Shown here one piece after another: positions 61,923 through 64,000 of a stretch of DNA of 64,000 nucleotides. Under the pieces are notes generated by a model, which made no database searches, was not told where the DNA came from, and saw nothing but the letters and a program-made list of their open reading frames with translations. Source of the DNA: Alphaproteobacteria bacterium (GTDB lineage Bacteria; Pseudomonadota; Alphaproteobacteria; UBA828); assembly GCA_050173345.1 (NCBI GenBank), contig JBFXKW010000002.1, positions 79,938-143,937 of the forward strand, written 5' to 3'. Position 1 is the first letter of the stretch, and each line of letters starts with the position of its first letter. The position numbers and the translations under genes are program-made.

Positions 61923-63818
61923 TCAACCCGGCGATGGCTCGAAGGCGCGGGCGAGGATGTCGGCCAGGCGCTTGGAGAAGGCGGCGGGGTCGCGCGGCGG
62001 CTCGCCCTCGACGATGCGCGCCTGGTCCAGCAGGAGGTGCGCGGCGTCCTCCAGCGTGTCCGATGCGCCGGCCCTGCCGACCAGCGCGGCGAGCGCGCGG
62101 ATCAGGCGATGGCCGGGGTTGAGCTCGAGGATCCGCTTCTGCGCCGGCACCTCGCGCTGATAGCTGCGCAGCAGGCGCTCCAGATGCATGTCCATGTCGC
62201 CCGCATCGGCGACCAGGCAGACCGCGCTGTCGGTCAGCCGGTCGGACCGGCGCACGTCCTTGACCTCCTCGCCGAGGCTCAGCTTGACGATCGCGATCAG
62301 CTTGTCGAGGTCGCCTTCGCTCTCAGGAGTCGGGGGCGTCTCCGGCGCATCCTTCGGCGGGATCGCGGCAAGGTCGGCGCCGCCCTGGTTCACCGAGCGG
62401 AACGGCTTTTCCTTGTGCTCGCCGACCGCGGGCAGCCAGAAATGATCGACCGCATCGGCCAATAGCAGAACGTCGAGACCGCGCGAGCGGAAGCCCTCGA
62501 CCTGCGGGCTCTTGCGCAGCGCCTCGACCGAATCTCCCGTGATGTAATAGATCGCGCTCTGGCCTTCAGGCATGCGCGCCACATAGTCGTCGAGCGATGC
62601 CCACTCGTCGGCCCTGCCGTTCAGGGTGCGGAAGCGCGCGAGCCTGACGAGCGCCTCGCGGCTCTCCTGGTCCTCGTAGATGCCTTCCTTGAGCACCGGG
62701 CCGAAGTTCTGCCAGAACGCCGCATAGTCGGCCGGCGCGTCGCTCGCCTTCTTCTCGATGTCGCCGAGCACGCGCTTGACCAGGCCGGCCTTGATCCTGG
62801 CGAGCAGCGGGTTGTTCTGCAGCGTCTCGCGGCTGATGTTGAGCGGCAGGTCGTTGGAATCGACGACGCCGCGCAGGAAGCGCAGGTAACGCGGCAGCAG
62901 GCCCTCGCAATCGTCGGTGATGAAGACGCGCTTGACGTAGAGCTTCACGCGGTGGCGCCGGTCGGGCTCGAACAGGTCGAACGGCCGCCGGTCGGGCACG
63001 AACAGCAGCGCGGCGTATTCCATCCGCCCCTCGGCTCGCAGGTGGACGGTCAGCCAGGGATCGCCCGCCATATGGGCGACGTGGTGGTAGAACTCGCGCG
63101 CCTTCTCCTCGGTGATCTCGGATTTGGGCCGGGTCCAGAGCGCGGAGGCGGTGTTGAGCGTCTCGCTCGTCCGGCTCTCGCCCATCAGCTTGATCGGCAG
63201 CGCGATATGGTCGGAATAGGTCGCCACGACGTGGCGGATGCGCTCGGGCTCGAGGAACTCGGAGGCGTCCTCGCGCAAATGCAGGACGATGCTGGTGCCG
63301 CGCCGGACCTCCGCCTCCGGCGTCACCGTAAAATTGCCGCTGCCGGCCGATTCCCAGCGCCAGCCCTCGGTCTCGCCGGCACGCCGCGTGATCACCTCGA
63401 CGCGCTCGGCGACCATGAAGACCGAATAGAAGCCGACGCCGAACTGGCCGATCAGGTTGACGTCCGACGTCTTGCCCTCGGCGAGCGCCTTGACGAACGC
63501 CTCGGTGCCGGAGCGCGCGATGGTGCCGAGGTTCTCGATCAGCTCGGCGCGGTTCATGCCGATGCCGTTGTCGGTCACGCTCAGCGTGCGCTTGCCGTTG
63601 TTGATCTCGATCATGACCTTGAGCTCGGGATCGTCGGCGCTGAGCGCAGGATCGGTCAGCGCGGCGTAGCGCAGCTTGTCGCAGGCGTCGGAGGCGTTCG
63701 AGATCAGCTCGCGCAGGAAGATGTCCTTCTCGCGGTAGAGCGAGTGGATCATCAGGTCGAGCAGCTTGCTGACCTCGGCCTGGAAGCCGAATGTTTCGCG
63801 CTGGGCGGTGTCGGTCAT
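61923..63818 (-). CDS. htpG: Molecular chaperone HtpG (Hsp90)
   Basis: 'LISNASDACDKLRY' GHKL ATPase N-domain plus the conserved middle and C-terminal domains. 631 aa. Confidence 0.95.
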   Translation of the reverse strand: MTDTAQRETFGFQAEVSKLLDLMIHSLYREKDIFLRELISNASDACDKLRYAALTDPALSADDPELKVMIEINNGKRTLSVTDNGIGMNRAELIENLGTIARSGTEAFVKALAEGKTSDVNLIGQFGVGFYSVFMVAERVEVITRRAGETEGWRWESAGSGNFTVTPEAEVRRGTSIVLHLREDASEFLEPERIRHVVATYSDHIALPIKLMGESRTSETLNTASALWTRPKSEITEEKAREFYHHVAHMAGDPWLTVHLRAEGRMEYAALLFVPDRRPFDLFEPDRRHRVKLYVKRVFITDDCEGLLPRYLRFLRGVVDSNDLPLNISRETLQNNPLLARIKAGLVKRVLGDIEKKASDAPADYAAFWQNFGPVLKEGIYEDQESREALVRLARFRTLNGRADEWASLDDYVARMPEGQSAIYYITGDSVEALRKSPQVEGFRSRGLDVLLLADAVDHFWLPAVGEHKEKPFRSVNQGGADLAAIPPKDAPETPPTPESEGDLDKLIAIVKLSLGEEVKDVRRSDRLTDSAVCLVADAGDMDMHLERLLRSYQREVPAQKRILELNPGHRLIRALAALVGRAGASDTLEDAAHLLLDQARIVEGEPPRDPAAFSKRLADILARAFEPSPG

Positions 63819-63872
63819 GGCAGCCCTCTCGGCGGGGGTTTTCCGGCCGGCGGATCAACGGTCTGGCGGCCG

Positions 63873-63901
63873 ATATAAGCGGCGCCGCGGCGGGGTTCAA
63901 G
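63873..63901 (-). promoter_or_regulatory. Candidate sigma-32 (RpoH) heat-shock promoter for htpG
   Basis: On the htpG strand: CTTGAA – 16 nt – CTTATAT, ~55 nt upstream of the htpG ATG. This matches the alphaproteobacterial RpoH consensus CTTG-N17-CYTATNT. Confidence 0.5.
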
Positions 63902-64000
63902 CGCGCGACGCTGTGCCCAAGCGTGCCGCCAAGCTTTGGCTTGCCTTTTCGCCTCGGTCTGATCAGATGCTTGGCCATGGAGCGGCGGATTCCCGATTCT

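Overview
This 64-kb window is high-GC (~68%) DNA that looks like an alphaproteobacterial (Rhizobiales-like) chromosome segment. It mixes a conserved translation-gene core with several accessory insertions.

From the start of the window:
- **1-11.4 kb:** two minus-strand sugar-type ABC transporter loci. The second (4954-11415) carries a GMC-family FAD oxidoreductase and a small 'subunit-3'-like partner. A lone LivF-like ATPase and a polysaccharide-deacetylase-family gene sit upstream (1962-3654).
- **11.5-13.9 kb:** an MDR-family NADP oxidoreductase and a methylthioribose kinase (mtnK).
- **14.0-19.9 kb:** a formamidase/acetamidase gene embedded in a five-component Urt/Fmd-like amide ABC transporter operon, followed by a LuxR-type regulator.
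- **21-30 kb:** a 1044-aa PHP-phosphoesterase-Zn-ribbon-UvrD helicase fusion, a two-gene family-1 encapsulin nanocompartment operon (EncFtn cargo with a C-terminal GSLGIGSL targeting tail, then the shell protein), and a 1456-aa Lhr helicase. All are on the minus strand.
- **30-32.6 kb:** an HD-GYP phosphodiesterase and a class-IV aminotransferase.
- **32.7-37.7 kb:** a low-GC islet abutting tRNA-Ser(GGA). It holds a ParB/DGQHR-like protein, a vapBC toxin-antitoxin pair, and a 2.24-kb IS1595-family element with 20-bp terminal inverted repeats and an 8-bp target-site duplication. The element carries passenger ORFs in addition to its transposase.
- **38.4-41.6 kb:** a cobalt-type nitrile hydratase cluster. 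The beta subunit is split into two translationally coupled ORFs. It is followed by an accessory/activator gene, the cobalt transporter cbtB-cbtA, and a small TAT-signal cysteine-motif protein.
- **41.6-51.5 kb:** the conserved core lepA, pheT-pheS-rplT-rpmI-infC-thrS. HicAB and a CheY-like receiver gene are inserted into it.
- **51.6-61.5 kb:** NUDIX, MBL-fold, two glycosyltransferases (GT9, GT4), an alpha/beta hydrolase, TlpA, an SDR epimerase, a TPR protein, queG, GST and DUF1223.
- **61.5-64 kb:** a palindromic-repeat-rich spacer, then htpG with a sigma-32-like promoter.

No rRNA or CRISPR arrays were seen. Many long ORFs in the six-frame track are antisense or alternate-frame artefacts of high GC and were not called.
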